Assembly (NCBI RefSeq): GCF_021028975.2
Contig: NC_059425.1
Span: 55,862,001 to 55,926,000, forward strand
DNA from: Sphaerodactylus townsendi
Lineage: Eukaryota
DNA: 64,000 nt
Direction: 5' to 3'
Shown here: positions 23,277 to 37,624 of the stretch, piece by piece
Layout of the letters: every line of letters starts with the position of its first letter
Position numbering within the stretch: the first letter of the stretch is position 1
Translations under genes and position numbers: made by a program
Notes under the pieces: generated by a model
The model's input: the letters and a program-made list of their open reading frames with translations, nothing else
Told to the model about the DNA's origin: nothing
The model's database searches: none

Positions 23277-24379
23277 CCACCCCATCCCCAAGGGCTCTGT
23301 GTGGTTAACAACAAAACTAATACAATTAAACCAACACATAATTTAGATAAATACATTAAAATCTAATACAGATAAAACCTCAATTATATGTGGCACCCCA
23401 GAGCTGTTTTGCCTCCTGCCGGGAGGCCGACATAGGTATCACAATCAACTGGATGGCATAAAAATATGTTACAGAGGGGGAAGCAGGGGAGTGGCTTCTA
23501 CTAATACATCTACTACAGTTGGGGAGGGGCAGAGTATGGTGTAGCAGGATCTTTTTCATTTTCCTTCTCAGCATTCAGGCCAATTCACACAGCATAGTTG
23601 CATTTATTTTCTCATGCAGTTTCATACAGAAGCTGTGATCATGAGAACAGCCAGCTATTTTGTACAGCCATATACTGCAGTGTGATTGGCAACAATAAAC
23701 ACTGCTTCTTATTGGACCAGCATTGAACCTTACTGTTTGTCTCCCCTTTTTGCTGGTGCCATTGACTTAACTGCAGCATTTCATGCTCATAAACAATTCC
23801 TGCCAACTCTAATCAGTGTTACTTGATTGCACAGCCAACTCCCTCCTGTATCGTATCCGGTAATTTGCCATCTCGGAGCTTGTTTCAGTAAGTGTGAAAT
23901 GTACTTAAATGTCTACCACTTTACACATACTGGGTTAAATCTTTGTTCCATTTCTAATCTTTGTGTCATGATAAAACTGTTGCTTGAGTCAGTCCCCACA
24001 TGCGCATACTGCTTTCTCTTGGTGGAGGCTGTTGTATGTGTACTCTGAGGAGAGCTCTAAGAATGTGTTTTATTCCCGTATCAGTTCTTGGGATATCTCT
24101 AAGAGCTGCACCACAAAGCGCATCCTGGTCATGGCTGCTTCTGTCCTTCACTAGTATTCATTGTGAGAAATTACTGTGATCTTGTCTGATCCAGGAGAAA
24201 AGCTGTTTGTCTTGTAGGATGCTACATGTGCCAGCACCTAAAGACCCCTTTTTACATTGTTGTTTTAAACCAGTTATCTGTTGCCAGACTGATTCTTTGC
24301 AAAATGGCAGGGGGTGGAGGTTTCAGGCAGCATATTTAAATCTATTTGTGAGCTATATCAGAAGTGCTTTCCCCATTTC

Positions 24380-24760
24380 AGGCTGTTCTGCTTTTTCCCT
24401 ACCTGTTTTGCAGTGTGTTCTGTTTGAGCTTTTGTTGTTGAAGGTTCTAATACTAGACCACTAGAACACTTTGATGCTTCTAGGTGTCATCTGAATGCTG
24501 GCAATATAACATCAAATGGAGCTATAGCTCAGAACTTAGAAGGTTTCCCCACCTCAAATGCAGAACACGTTGCAGAAAGAATGGCAGGGAACAGTACTTT
24601 CAGAAGCACTGCAAAAATTTCAAACATTACTACAGCAATTGAGAAGCAGAAAGCTCACCTGGAAATGGAAGAAAGGAGGGTGTTTAAAAAAAACAGCTCA
24701 GCCTTCTTTACAAATGGGCCATAAGTGGCTTTGTTTGAAAAGGTAGATAAAATCTGTTAG
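24380..24760 (+). mobile_element. Possible highly decayed RTE-type LINE 3' remnant
   Basis: Fragmentary translations such as LQKEWQGTVLSEALQKF and KAHLEMEERR resemble RTE ORF2 C-termini. Weak. Confidence 0.3.
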
Positions 24761-26738
24761 CAGGAGCCAAAACGGTTCCATCTGAAATAACACTTACAAA
24801 TGTTAACAACCAGCAGCTAAAATGGATTACAGAGGCTATTTGAAAGGGGCCAAAATGTCCATCAGTGCTGAGAGCGGCAATTGTTTGTTAGAGGAGGAAA
24901 GAGAACACAACTGTTGGAAGTGACTGTTGATAACATTTGGATGGTACTCAAATACTGATAGGTGGAGGTGATCATTCCCTCCTGCTTTTTTCGGCACATG
25001 ATTTGGCCCTGCCAGTGTTGCAAAGCTGTATCCATACAGCAGCATCTATTGACATTCCAGTCTTCATAGGCTGCATTTGGATTTTCATTTATTGCAGCAC
25101 TGTGTTGGGGGGCAGGTATCCATTGTGTTTTGTCTGGCTGTTAGTGAGTGGAAGGTTTTGAAAAAGGGGCATCATCACAGGTGTCCACTGCCATTATTGG
25201 GAGCAATTGGCACATGCTGTGAGTTTCCTTGTGACTGCTGAATGTAGATCCTTTGCAAAATATGTCCCTTTTACCTGCTGTCATTAACACAGGGCTTTGC
25301 TATGAAAATGGAGGGGAAATCTGCTAAATATAAGCAAACGTATTTTCACAGCCCACACCGTGAGCTGTTGAGCTCTCATTTCCATGGCATTGCCTGCTTT
25401 GGCTAAGAGGCTGGATTTTTGAACAGGGTACCTGCTAGACATACAAGCAAGAAATCAGTCCTCTTTGAAAAAGTTCTTGACCCAATCCAATTTCAACCAG
25501 CTTTTCTATATTCTACTTAGAAACTTGTACAGCTTTCGTTCTTGTCAGACCAAAGAAACTGCTTCTAAAAACGAACTGGATCAGGAAAAGTAGAGCATCC
25601 TTTATTCGTGTCTTTTATACCTTCTTGTAAAGCCTCACTTAGACACATGGTGAAGAATCTATTAACTTCACTTAGTCATCATTGCAAATCCCTATCAAAT
25701 ATCACATTGCTAACAGTGACTCACAGCTTCAGGAAACAGCCTGCTGCAAAGTATCTCGCATTTGGCAGCTTCTTGATGTGAACTTAGGTTGCTCCTTTTT
25801 CAGTAAAGCACAATAGGTGGAGTGATATGTGCCAGAGGGGCATTATTGGAAACTACTTGGTTTGTACAGCTAGTTGGAATTGAAGATAACGTATTAATGC
25901 ATACTGCTGAACCTAAACACGTCTGGCTGTGTGAGTGGGAGAATGCCTGAGAAGTATCTGTACACTACTGTGAGCTTTTTTGGATCAGAGCAGGGTGAAT
26001 GTGCGTGGCTGAAAAATGAGTATTTCTCTCTTGTTCACTTCCCTGTCACCAGTACAGACTGCCTAAACACTCTGAGTAACTTAAAAATTGAAAGATTGCA
26101 TGATTTATTTCAGTTAAAAACTATATTAGTGTCCAGATTTTTAGTGCAAAAGTAAGACGTGATTTTTTCCATGCTTCATTGTCCTTATACTTAGGATGTT
26201 AACAGGATTAAGAAGTTGAAATTTTGTTGGCGGGTAGCTAAGTGCCTGTGAAAATCTGGGCTAACACTTCTTATTTCTTTCTACGTGAGCCCAGGCTGTA
26301 GGTATGCTGTGATTCCTTTGAAAAGCAGGATTCAGTTGGATTTCGGTTTTAATGGGTATTAATTATACTAATATTAGCTTTTATTCAAGCATGCCTGATG
26401 AAATCTCAGACCCAATAGGCTGCCAACAACCAGGAGAAAAACTGTCTTGCCTCTTTAACAGAGACTTATTTATACCTCTGAGCCATGAAAAGCTTTGGCT
26501 GCCCATTTCCACTAATTATGCCTCTCTTAAAGCTGCCAAAATTTTTTCTCCAGTTGTTGACAACTCTGGAAGCCAGAGATCTATCTGAAGGTTATTTCTA
26601 GTGATTAGGGGGTATCAGTGTTCTGTATAGTGTTTTGACCTTTTCCATGTCAAAAAAAAGCAGAGTAAATTATGAAAACAAGGGCCATCAAGCACATTTG
26701 TCTCATTCAATATTTGGGATGTAGATCTTTGCTTAGCG

Positions 26739-29700
26739 AGACTTCGCCAGGAAGAGCAGAGTGACCTGCTGGTGTTCATTTTGGAGGGCTTTTCTCAAAG
26801 CCACAGCTTTTAAAACAGTGTATTTTAACAGGGGTTATCTCTTTTTCTCCTTGTAAGGCTGCTGAATCTGGAAGATGGGGCTTAACAGGGGTTAACAGAG
26901 TTCATCTCTTGTTCCTCTTTGTCCTGAGAGGTGGGGCTTTTGTCCTGAGAGGTGGGGCTTTAGCTCAGTCTCTGGAACCAGCAGAGAGGAGTAGCAGCAG
27001 TGGGAAGAAGACTTGGCCAGGAAGAGCAGAGTGACCTGCTGGTGTTCATTTTGGAGGGCTTTTCTCAAAGCCACACCTAGCGGCGCGCGCAATTTTAATT
27101 TAATTTTTTTGTTTTTTAAATTAATAAGGACATATTTGACAGATAGTACGTGCAGATAGCTCCAGGGGGGCACTGACTAAAAGCTTAATATTTAAATATC
27201 TAAACAAATCAGATATGAAGGCAGAAAGCCAGCAGGGGGATGGGGGCTTTCCAGTGTTTTGCACTGAGTGTCACATGTATGACTATCTGCCTTGGGGATG
27301 AAGGCCTTGGGGATGGAGGGTGCCAGTCTGAGGTGGGGGAAGATGCTCCCTTAGATGGGATCCCTTCCTTAACTGGTGATCAGCTATCCTCTCGCACTGA
27401 GGATACCCCTCGGGGAGGTGGGGGGCTCCTTGTAGTGGGTGATTCGATCATTAGAAATGTAGAGAGTTGGGTTTGTGAGAGGCGTGATGACCGCATGGTG
27501 ACTTGCCTGCCTGGTGCGAAGGTTGCGGATGTCACGCTTCGTCTAGATAGGCTTTTAGACAGTGCTGGGGTGGAGTCAGCAGTTGTGGTCCACATTGGCA
27601 CCAACGACATTGGGAAATGTAGCCGGGAGGTTCTGGAAGCTAAATTTAGGTTGCTAGGAAACAGGTTGAAGTCCAGGACCTCCAAGGTGGCATTCTCAGA
27701 AATGCTACCCGTTCCACGCGCAGGGGCTGGTGGAGCAAGCGGAGATACAGGGTCTCAATGCGTGGATGAGAAGGTGGTGTAAGGCAGAGGGTTTCAGATT
27801 TGTCAGGAACTGGGGAACCTTTTGGGACAAGGTAGGCCTGTACAAACGGGACGGGCTTCATCTTAACCAAAGAGGAACCAGGCTGCTGGCCAACATTAAA
27901 AAGGTGGCAGAACAGCTTTTAAACTGATCACTGGGGAAAGCCGACAGGAGCTGAGGTGACTTCCGGGTTCGAATACAGTATCTATGGGGATGCAGACAGA
28001 GAGGGAGGTTTTTCTAAATCAACCACATACAGCGAGGAACATAGCAATGTGCATGTTACAAGGGATAGTGTCTGCAAAGACTTGAGGGTAAAGCACATAA
28101 ATCCCAGGTTAAGGACAGAGGCAGGGTATACAGGTGTCTCTATGCTAATAGTAGAAGCATTCGACCTAAAATGGGGGAGCTAGAGTACAGAGTTTTGAAG
28201 GAGGACTTTGATATAGTGGGCATTACAGAGACATGGTGGAATGAGGAGAACCAGTGGGATGCTGTTATACCAGGCTACAGGCTCTATAGGAAGGATAGGA
28301 CAGGGCGCATTGGGGGTGGAGTTGCCCTTTACATCAAAGAGAGCATAGTATCACATAAAATAGACAATGCAAGGGGAGCTGGTTCCCCTACAGAATCACT
28401 GTGGATATCAAGTGAAGGACAGTTTAATATTAGGAATATATTATCGTGCCCCTGACCAAAGTGCACAAGAGGATTCTGAGATGGAAAAAGAAATTAGAGA
28501 GGCCAACAAAAACAAAAATGTAGTGGTAATGGGTGATTTTAACTATCCCCATATAAACTGGAAAAATGCATGTTCAGGTCATAGTAAGGAGAGAGCATTC
28601 CTGGATATGCTAAATGACTGTGGCTTAGAGCAGATGGTTGTGGAACCAACCAGGGGAGAGGTGATCCTAGATCTAATTCTATGTGGGACCCAGGACCTGG
28701 TGCAGGAAGTCAGTGTTGTTGAGCCGATAGGGAACAGCGACCACAATGCTGTCAGATTCAGTATCTCAGCATGTCTGAACAGTGGCAACTACTAATGTAG
28801 TTACATTCGCCTTCAGAAAGGGAAATTTCTCAAAGATGAGGGGGATAGTGCGCAGGAAGCTGAAAGGGAAAATCAAGAGAGTCAAAACTGTCCAGGATGC
28901 TTGGAGGTTATTTAAAACACAGTCATAAAGCTCAGCTGGAATGTGTTCCACAGGTTAGAAAAGGCAGCACCCAGTCCAAAAGAAAGCCACCATGGTTAAC
29001 AAGAGAGGTTGAGGAAATTATCAGAAAAAAAGAAAATGTCTTTTCAAAAATGGAAGTCCAGTTTGGCTGATGAAGAATATGAGAGGGAACACAAATGGTG
29101 GCAAAAGAGAAGCAAGTTAGCTGTAAGGGAGGCAAAAAAGGATTATGAGGAACGCATGACCAGCAACAAACAGTTCTTCAAGTACATCAAAAGCAGGAAG
29201 CCAGCAAGGGAAGCGGTAGGCCCGTTAGATGACAAAGGAACAAAGGGTGTGCTAAAAGATGGGAGGGAGATTGCAGAGAAGCTGAATGAATTCTTTGCAT
29301 CTGTCTTCACCCAAGAGGAGGTGAGGAACATTCCTGCACCTGAACCAAGCTTCTTAGGAGGCGAATCCGAGGAACTAGCGAAGATAGTGGTAGACAAGGA
29401 AGAAGTTCTGGCAGCCATTGATAAACTAAATCTTCCCAAACCACCTGGCCCAGATTGCATTCACCCAAGAGTTCTTAAAGAGCTCAAGCATGAAATTGCT
29501 GATCTTCTCACTTTAATATGCAACTTATCCCTGAAATCAGGCTCCATCCCTGAAGACTGGAAGATGGCCAATGTCACACCAATCTTAAGAAAGGATCTAT
29601 GGGGACCGAAATTACAGGCCAGTCAGTTTGACATCTGTTCCTGGTAAATTAGTAGAATCTATCATTAAAGATAAAATTATAAAACATGTAGAAAAGCAAG

Positions 29701-31090
29701 ACCTGCTGAGAAAGAGTCAGCATGGCTTTTGCAGAGGCAAATCCTGTCTTACAAACTTACTAGAGTTCTTTGAGGGTGTAAACAGGCATGTGGACAGGGG
29801 TGAACCGGTGGACATTGTCTACTTGGATTTCCAAAAGGCTTTTGACAAAGTTCCTCACCAGAGACTGTTGAAAAAACTCAGCAATGAAGGAATAAGAGGG
29901 GAAGTCCTCCTATGGATTAAAAACTGGTTGAGAAACAGGAAACAAAGAGTGGGTGTAAATGGGAAGTTCTCACAATGGAGAGATGTCGGGAGTGGTGTCC
30001 CCCAAGGATCCGTTTTGGGACCAGTGCTCTTTAACCTATTCATAATGACCCTGGAAGTAGGGTGGGTAGCGTGGTGGCCAAGTTTGCAGATGATACCAAA
30101 TTATGTAGGGTGGTGAGAACCACAAAGGATTGCGAAGAGCTCCAAGCGGACCTTGATAAATTAGGTGAGTGGGCTCAGAAATGGCAAATGCAGTAGCAAA
30201 ATGTAAAGTGATGCACATGGGGCAAAAAATCCAAACTTCACATACACGCTACAGGGGTCAGTGCTATCAGTCACAGACCAGGAAAGGGATTTAGGCGTCT
30301 TAGTTGATAGTTCCATGGGAATGTCAACTCAATGCATGGCAGCTGTGAAAAAGGCAAACTCTATGCTGGGGATCATTAGAAAAGGAATTGATAATAAAAC
30401 TGCAAAGATTGTCATGCCCTTATATAAAGCAGTGGTGCGACCGCACTTGGAGTACTGTGTCCAGTTCTGGTCGCCGCATCTCAAAAAGGATATTGAGGAG
30501 ATAGAAAAAGTGCAGAGAAGGGCAACAAGGATGATTGAGGGACTGGAGCACCTTCCCTATGAGGAGAGGCTGCAGCGTTTGGGACTCTTTAGTTTGGAGA
30601 GGAGGCGGGCTGAGGGGATATGATTGAAGTCTACAAAATTATGCATGGGGTAGAAAATGTTGACAGAGAGCAATTTTTCTCTCTTTCTCACAATACTAGA
30701 ACCAGGGGCCATTCATTGAAAATGCTGGGGGGAAGAATTAGGACTAATAAAAGGAAACACTTCTTCACGCAACGTGTGATTGGTGTTTGGAATATGCTGC
30801 CACAGGAGGTGGTGATGGCCACTAACCTGGATAGCTTTAAAAGGGGCTTGGACAGATTTATGGAGGAGAAGTCGATTTATGGCTACCAATCTTGATCCTC
30901 TTTGATCTGAGATTGCAAATGCCTTAACAGACCAGGTGATCAGGAGCAACAACCGCAGAAGGCCATTGCTTTCACATCCTACATGTGAGCTCCCAAAGGC
31001 ACCTGGTGGGCCACTGCGAGTAGCAGAGAGCTGGACTAGATGGACTTTGGTCTGATCCAGCTGGCTTGTTCTTATGTTCTTATGTTCTTA
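26739..31090 (+). mobile_element. Near-full-length CR1 LINE (5'UTR, ORF1 esterase, ORF2 APE endonuclease and RT), frameshifted
   Basis: ORF1 starts MKAESQQGDGGFPVFCTECHMY at 27215 and has SGNH motifs VVGDSIIR, HIGTND, DGLHL. ORF2 has [66 protein letters not shown]. 3' terminus is (TTCTTATG)n. The 5' boundary is approximate. Confidence 0.96.
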
Positions 31091-31619
31091 GCCTGGATAT
31101 TTCCTTCCAATCTATTTTAATGCTCTGTTTGCAGGCATGCCTATCACTTATGAATAGCTGTCAGATATTATACGAATATAGAATCTCATTTGAAGATTTT
31201 CTTCATTTCCCTTAAGGCCATTCTTGCTTCACAAAGTAGCACTGTAGGGAGAAATAGTGAAAATGGCAGGTTTGTGGCACTCAAAGTAATGCGTATATTA
31301 TGGCCTCAGCTTTTGTGAACTTTGTCAAAAGGATGAAGGCAAGGCCTCTCTTTAGAATACCTGCCCATTTCTGCCATTTATAACTTGGGTATAAATAGCT
31401 GTGCTATTGAATTTAAACCTTTGTGCATCTTGCTAAATGAGCTTTAGTTCATAAAACATTTGTTATTATCATTACACTTTAAAACAGTGGTCCTAAGTAG
31501 CAGCAGACTAGTTATAATGAGGTAGCCTTGCAAGAGTGAAAAAAATCCCTGTGAAAGTCTTTGAGAATGCTTGCTCTCTTCAGAGTATTTCAATAGAGAT
31601 ATTTTGCAATTTTTAAAAG

Positions 31620-31709
31620 GTGTCTGAGCCCCAGTTCCCTCCTGTAATTCTCCTTGGTCATCTGGAAGAAGTCACTTCGGTTGCCTGGTGTCCTTCTGAC
31701 TTCTCTAAG
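31620..31709 (+). CDS. DTL: DTL coding exon 12
   Basis: VSEPQFPPVILLGHLEEVTSVAWCPSDFSK. Acceptor AAAAG, donor GTTTGT, 90 nt. Confidence 0.95.
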
Positions 31710-32788
31710 GTTTGTTTTTGCATTTTGAATATTTTGTGCTTTTGGGAAACGTAAACTCATTCATGAGAGACAAAAATATAATTTTTCATCTCCTTTGCTT
31801 TCAAAAGCTAGGTAGCTGTTCCCATCCCCAATAGCCTTTAGTCTCTTGACTGCAGATGACTTTTTTCTTTGTTGAACCTCCCTCTAGATGTTCTTTGCCT
31901 ATGCAGTCAGCTCCTGTACTTCACCTGTATACAAAGCTGGTACATTCACAGTTTGCTGGGGCTATGATAGAGTAGTGGGCTGTTAGAAGCTGGAAATTTC
32001 TTGGGCCAAATCTCATTTCTGCTATTGGCTCACTATCTGACCATAGGCAAAGGTCTGACCTTCAGCTCTCTATCCACGATTATCTCTATATGTAATTATA
32101 AATTAGATGGTTTGTATCCCTCTCAGAGAAAGGAGTTTCTACATACCTGTGGGACTCCCCAGATATGCTAAAAAAATTGACTTCCCAAATTAATCCAAAG
32201 AGGACTGAATATGTTCCAGGAGGCAAAGAATGTTGAGAGCAACTGGCAGTTGGAGAGGAGGTGATTGTTCTATTCAACACCTTTGAGGGCTTACAGTATC
32301 CGGAGAACTTTTCTTTTCCTCTCTCCTCATGATGCTCCCAGCTTGCATTAAGTTAATGCTTATTTATGTCACAGGATTCTAACAGAGAGCACAACACGAA
32401 ACATGTGAAGGACTCTACTTACTGAAAAACACTATACAAATGCTATTTATTTACTTATTTTTATTTATTCAATCTATAACCTGTATCCTCTGCTCAGGGC
32501 CATTCAGACCATACGCAAACATAGCAGGCCAGGGGAGATTATGATTGTACTACTAGATAGAAAGAGCTTATTTCTTAATGTACTTTTCCCCCTTTTAATC
32601 TCACTCAGTTTCATTATTTGAAATTAATAGTGTAATGTTGCCTTGTATTTGTATTTACCTCAGGTTTCCTGATTAGAAATCTTATGGAAAAGGCATAAGG
32701 TTGGCCATGCTTCCAGTCTCTTCCATTTTTTCCCTTCTCCACTTTTGCAGGTTCATTTCTTCCCATCTGACTTAGTATTTGTTTGTAG

Positions 32789-32921
32789 ATTGCCTCGTGT
32801 TCAGATGACAACACCATCAGGATTTGGCGCTTGAGGCAAGGCAAGGAAGACAAGATACTGGACAACCACACTTTGGTGGGCTGGGCCTGTCTGAAGAGAG
32901 CAGGAGAACAAAATGAAACTG
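32789..32921 (+). CDS. DTL: DTL coding exon 13
   Basis: IASCSDDNTIRIWRLRQGKEDKILDNHTLVGWACLKRAGEQNET. Acceptor TGTAG, donor GTAAGC, 133 nt. Confidence 0.96.
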
Positions 32922-33411
32922 GTAAGCTCATCAGAAAAGATCACACGCTTTCTGTCCTCCGCCTGGCAACTAGAACTTGGGGAATCCTCCTTGCCTAGTT
33001 CAAGCACTGATCTGTTCTGTGTCAAAACTGGTTTTGGCAACAGACCTATACAAAAATGACAGGTGCCTGACAGTTCATAGAATACAAATGTAGCCTGAAG
33101 GTGCCTATTCTGTATAAGCTCACTGGACCTAGGAATTATACCCTTCTGGTAGGTAGAAATGGCCAGTGTGATGCGCAGTGGTATGATGGAGCAGCCACTG
33201 AAGGAAATCTTTTTCTTGACAGGTTGAATGTTAAAATGTATTGCAGTTACATAGACAGACTGGGGGGCTCAGAATTCCACAGCTTCACACAGCTTTATCA
33301 GACTAGCTCTGATTTGTAATGGGTTAAAGCATTCAAACTGCTGGGCTTCTGCTTCTCCCGTCCCTCCAGTTGTGTGAGCTGATTTTGTGCTGTGCTATGC
33401 TCTATGCAAAA

Positions 33412-33702
33412 TGGAGCCTCATGGAACAGAGTGATTAGTTACAGCACTGCAGTCAGAGCTTTGCTCATAACCCGATTTCAGTCCCAAAATCAGTTTCAGA
33501 TAGTCAGCTCAAGACTCAACCTTCCTTCCATCTGGGGTCAGAAAAGTGAGTTCCCAGCTTGCTGGGGGTATAGTGAAGGTGACTGGGGAAGGAAATAACA
33601 AACCACCCCATAAACATTGTCTGCCCACTAAAACATCATGATGTGACATCACCCATGGGCCAGTAATGACCCGGTGCTTGCCCAGGGGGCTTCCTTTACA
33701 TT
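33412..33702 (+). mobile_element. Sauria-type SINE, older copy
   Basis: Colinear with 36620-36912 (CCCAGCTTGCTGGGGG...CACCCATGGGCCAGTAATGAC...CCTTTAC tail). Confidence 0.7.
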
Positions 33703-36619
33703 TGTACTCTGTGAATCCAACCATCTAAACCCATTCACCGTGAGATACATGGCTTGACTGGCCATTTAGCATGCAGTCATGTTTCCACGGCTCTTCCATG
33801 TATCAGTGTGGCAAATCAAGAATATGTACTTGTTGACACTGAGTGCCCCCCTTGTTATAGCTTCCTCCCCTACACCCTAGAGATGCTACCAGGCTTTGTC
33901 TGCTTGTTTGTCTCAATTGTTGGGTTAGTTCATATAACCTAATATGGACCTGTAGGACAGCTGGCTCTGGAAAAATGGGATATTAATACATTTGAAGCCT
34001 GAAAATGGAAGCCAGTAGTTGAGGTTCTCTGCGTTGGGGGGCAAGATTGCTTTCAGGTACATGACTTCTGTGTTTCAGATGTTACCAAGGCCAATCTGCT
34101 GCCTACCTGTTTTTTGCTTGAAAGCTTCCTGGGAGCCTGCTACTCCTCCCAGAGGGTGCTGGACGGAATGGTCCTCTGGTCCCATCCAGCAGTGTTTTGT
34201 GTTTCCAGAGGAAGGGGAGCTCATTCCTCTCTGTATTCATGCAGCTCTTGCTACTACCTTGTATGTCCGTGGAGTGACAGTTCAGAAAGTGTGTGACAGT
34301 TCAGCAGCTCTTAAGACACTTAATTTCATTAGGCCAGCAGGGGATTTGCTATCCTGCAGGGCATTTTATTTTAACTTGGAAGTGTATGGTTCCTGTTTCA
34401 TTAACTAAATGCCAGCACACCCTTTCCTGCTGAACAGGTGCCTCCTTCTGTACTCTTTGTTTAGAAAAGCTGCCATGAGGATGTGAGTCAGCTCCTCTTG
34501 TCTGTAGAAATGTTCAGTCCTTTCTGTGACTGGAAAAACTGCAACTGGAGTTTAAGCTGTGAAAAAGTAATATTTAAAGCTCTTCTGGCTTAGCTAAGTT
34601 CCATCTTTTTGTGGAGGGCAAAGTGTTCTAGAACATTACAGGAAATGTAAATTTAAAGTATAGCTCCTTGGTTTGGACTGACTCCTATAGTAATTAAAAC
34701 ACTGTCTTAATTCCAACATTTGCATGTCCAACCAAATAAATAAGATGAATAGAATTTCTAGTTATATTGTTGTTGCCATGAGGCAGAACTTGCTGCTTAA
34801 AATCTGGATGAAAATTAGATTTTCAGAAACTTGATGGGTGAGTTTTCACCTTACAGATGGCTTCTTTGTTGCTGTTCTTTCACTAGAAAGCAATCAACTG
34901 TTTTGTCAGCACAGAATTAACTTGCAGGAAACATGTAGAACAATAGAAGGGCAATGTGCCAGTTCTTTCTTAAAATCTGTTTGTGTGTCATGCATACATA
35001 CAAATATGTACGTCAGTGTCCTCTTAAGGAGCATGCTGAAAAATAGTTTTGCTTCCTATTTCCATAAGTATTGAAGGGATTATTATTGTCCAGAACTGCA
35101 AGTGATGGGCATGCTAGATCTTCACAATCACTGTTGGCACTGATATTAGATAGTATGTAATTCTTGCTTCTTCTTCATTATGCCGTAAAACAGTTTGGGG
35201 AAAGAAGAAAAGTAAGCAGGCTTCCTGCTAACCTTGGGTTTTTGAACCTTAAACACATGTATATGTATATAGCAGTTATCTGCCCCCTGATTCATGATTG
35301 GCTTAATTGAGTTCCATTCCAGGGGGTCAGCAAATAACATGTATCTAGCTGGCCCACCCCCCTCCCCCTTGTTTCACTTCAGTGGGACAAACTATAATGT
35401 TATGGCTGCGTACTGATTGTGGGATTGGATGCTGAGCAAATTCTTCTCTTTCCAAAGTGATGTGTAAATGTGGGCTTTCTGAAGTGTCTTTCTGAGAATT
35501 TTCCATTTTGTAAGAGATCCCTGTGTGTTTTCAAAGCTAGCATCCTTGGGTAGGACCTCTAAACTTCAGGATAGTTGATCATCAGGATAGCCATATTGAT
35601 CCAAGTGAAATCCAAAAATAAGAACTACAGCTATGTAATATTTTTTATTTGGACCAGCCAAATTGATACACAAAATTATGCAAGGGTTTGAGTTCACCAG
35701 AGGCCTCCATCAGGCAGAATTGCAGAAGGCAGATTTTCAAGTCTGATTCTGCGGGCATCCTTTGTGAGATGCCAGCTTCACTTTATTGCTGAAATTATGA
35801 GTTCCAGCGTGGTCTCTGGGAAGCTATATTTAGGCAGTCTCCAGTGTTTTTGTTCCCAGTATAGCATCTACCCCAGTCCAGTTCCATGATCAGCTTCATA
35901 GATCTTAATTTCTGTCACTGCAGTTTTCTCGCTTCCTTGGCCTTGACCACACAAGTGTTAAGGTGCATCGAATGCTGCAGCAAGCTAAAAACTGTGTTGG
36001 CATTTCTTCATAATTTCCTGCTTGCTAGGAAGTAAATCCTATTGAGCTCTGTGGATTTCAAGGAAGTAAATCCCATTGAGCTGCCTATACCAAGTTGTGT
36101 TATTTGTCCTTTATAGTCCACGCAATTATGACTATAGCAGTAGTTCTCAAACATTTGGAAATGAGACCCACTACCTTTTGGGACTAGTGTTTCAGAGTAC
36201 AGCTCAGCTTGTTCCCAGACTCCGGTTGTGCAGGTCTCAGGCAGAAGGCATACAATATGCCTAGTGTATCTTGCATTGCTAGTGACAGGGAGGAAGCTGA
36301 GCCTCTGGGAATGAACAGGGCCTTATGGTAAAGGAGGGTAAGGAGGAATGAGTGGAGCAGCTTTCCACCCACTTCTTTTCCTGCTGCTGGGAGAAGGGAA
36401 GCTCAGATTTGCCACTTGTCCAGCCTCTTAACTTACTTTCAAGGGATTGAGTCAGCCAAAGCAACCCCGGTGATTAATGGAGTGACAGATGTCACAGCCA
36501 GATTGCCTTCACTTCCCGGACTGAGTCAGAACCCCCAGTTTGAGAACCAAACAGCAGGAACTCTCCAAGATCTTGGGCAGCTGTTGCCAGCCTTTTAATG
36601 GAGATCCTCTCCATCATTA

Positions 36620-36912
36620 AGAGCCCTGTGGCACAGAGTGGTAAGCTGCAGTACTGCAGTCAAAGCAATGCTCATGATGTGAGTTTGATCCCGATGGGAG
36701 CTGGGTTTAGGTCGCCGGGTCAAGGTTGACTCAACCTACCATCCTTCTGAGGTCAGTAAAATGAGTACCCAGCTTGCTGGGGGTAAAGTGTAGACAGCTG
36801 GGGAAACCAATGGCTAACCTTCCCAGAAACTACCCTTTCTAATAAATGTTGGGATATGATGTTACCCCATGGGCAGTAATGACGAAGTGCTTGCACGAGG
36901 GACTACCTTTAT
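36620..36912 (+). mobile_element. Sauria-type SINE
   Basis: tRNA-like head TGGCACAGAGTGG, body GTTGACTCAACCTACCATCCTTCTGAGGTCAGTAAAATGAGTACCCAGC, tail GGACTACCTTTA. Confidence 0.8.
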
Positions 36913-37624
36913 CTGAGAATTGAGCCTGAGACTTTCTGTGTGTGCTTCTCTGAAAAACATGTTAGATGTTCTTATAATGTTGTGCATGTTCAATATCATA
37001 AGAAAGCCCAGTAACCCCAACAAGGACACCCAAAAGTGGGGTGATAGAAGTAATAGACTTAATGGACCAACTGTGCCTCGTTGACTGCACAAGGAGGAGC
37101 CTGTGCCTAATAATTAGATCGCAGTAGCTTTAATTTCTGATTGTTTCAGTATTTCCTTTTTTCAAAACTAAATGCATCTTAAGACAGCTGTGGCAAAAAA
37201 GAATGAAAACCTATGTAATAATCTTTTAAGGGAGGAATGTATCCAATCAGCAACCAAAATTTAAAACAAAGTATTTGTTTAATGCTTTTGATGAGTCTGC
37301 TTACAGGGAATAGCAGGCTAGAACTGATTTAAATCAGATTCACGTGCCCATTTGCTGAATCACCAATGCACTTTCCATGTTGTCCCAGCATTAATACTCT
37401 TAAGGTATTTGTTGAACAAGATGGCTTCAATTCCATAGCAGTAGGATCGCTGCATACCCTTTGATAAACTTCAGAGGTAGTCAGTACAAAAGCTTTAAAC
37501 CCCCTTGATATCACTAGTTATTCAGGCAGTGAATCTGCCAAATTCCATGTTTTCAGGTGCCACGTATCTTTGTTGTAACCATGCTTTATTCATTTGAATT
37601 GTGTGTAATTTGTTTCCTCTTCAG

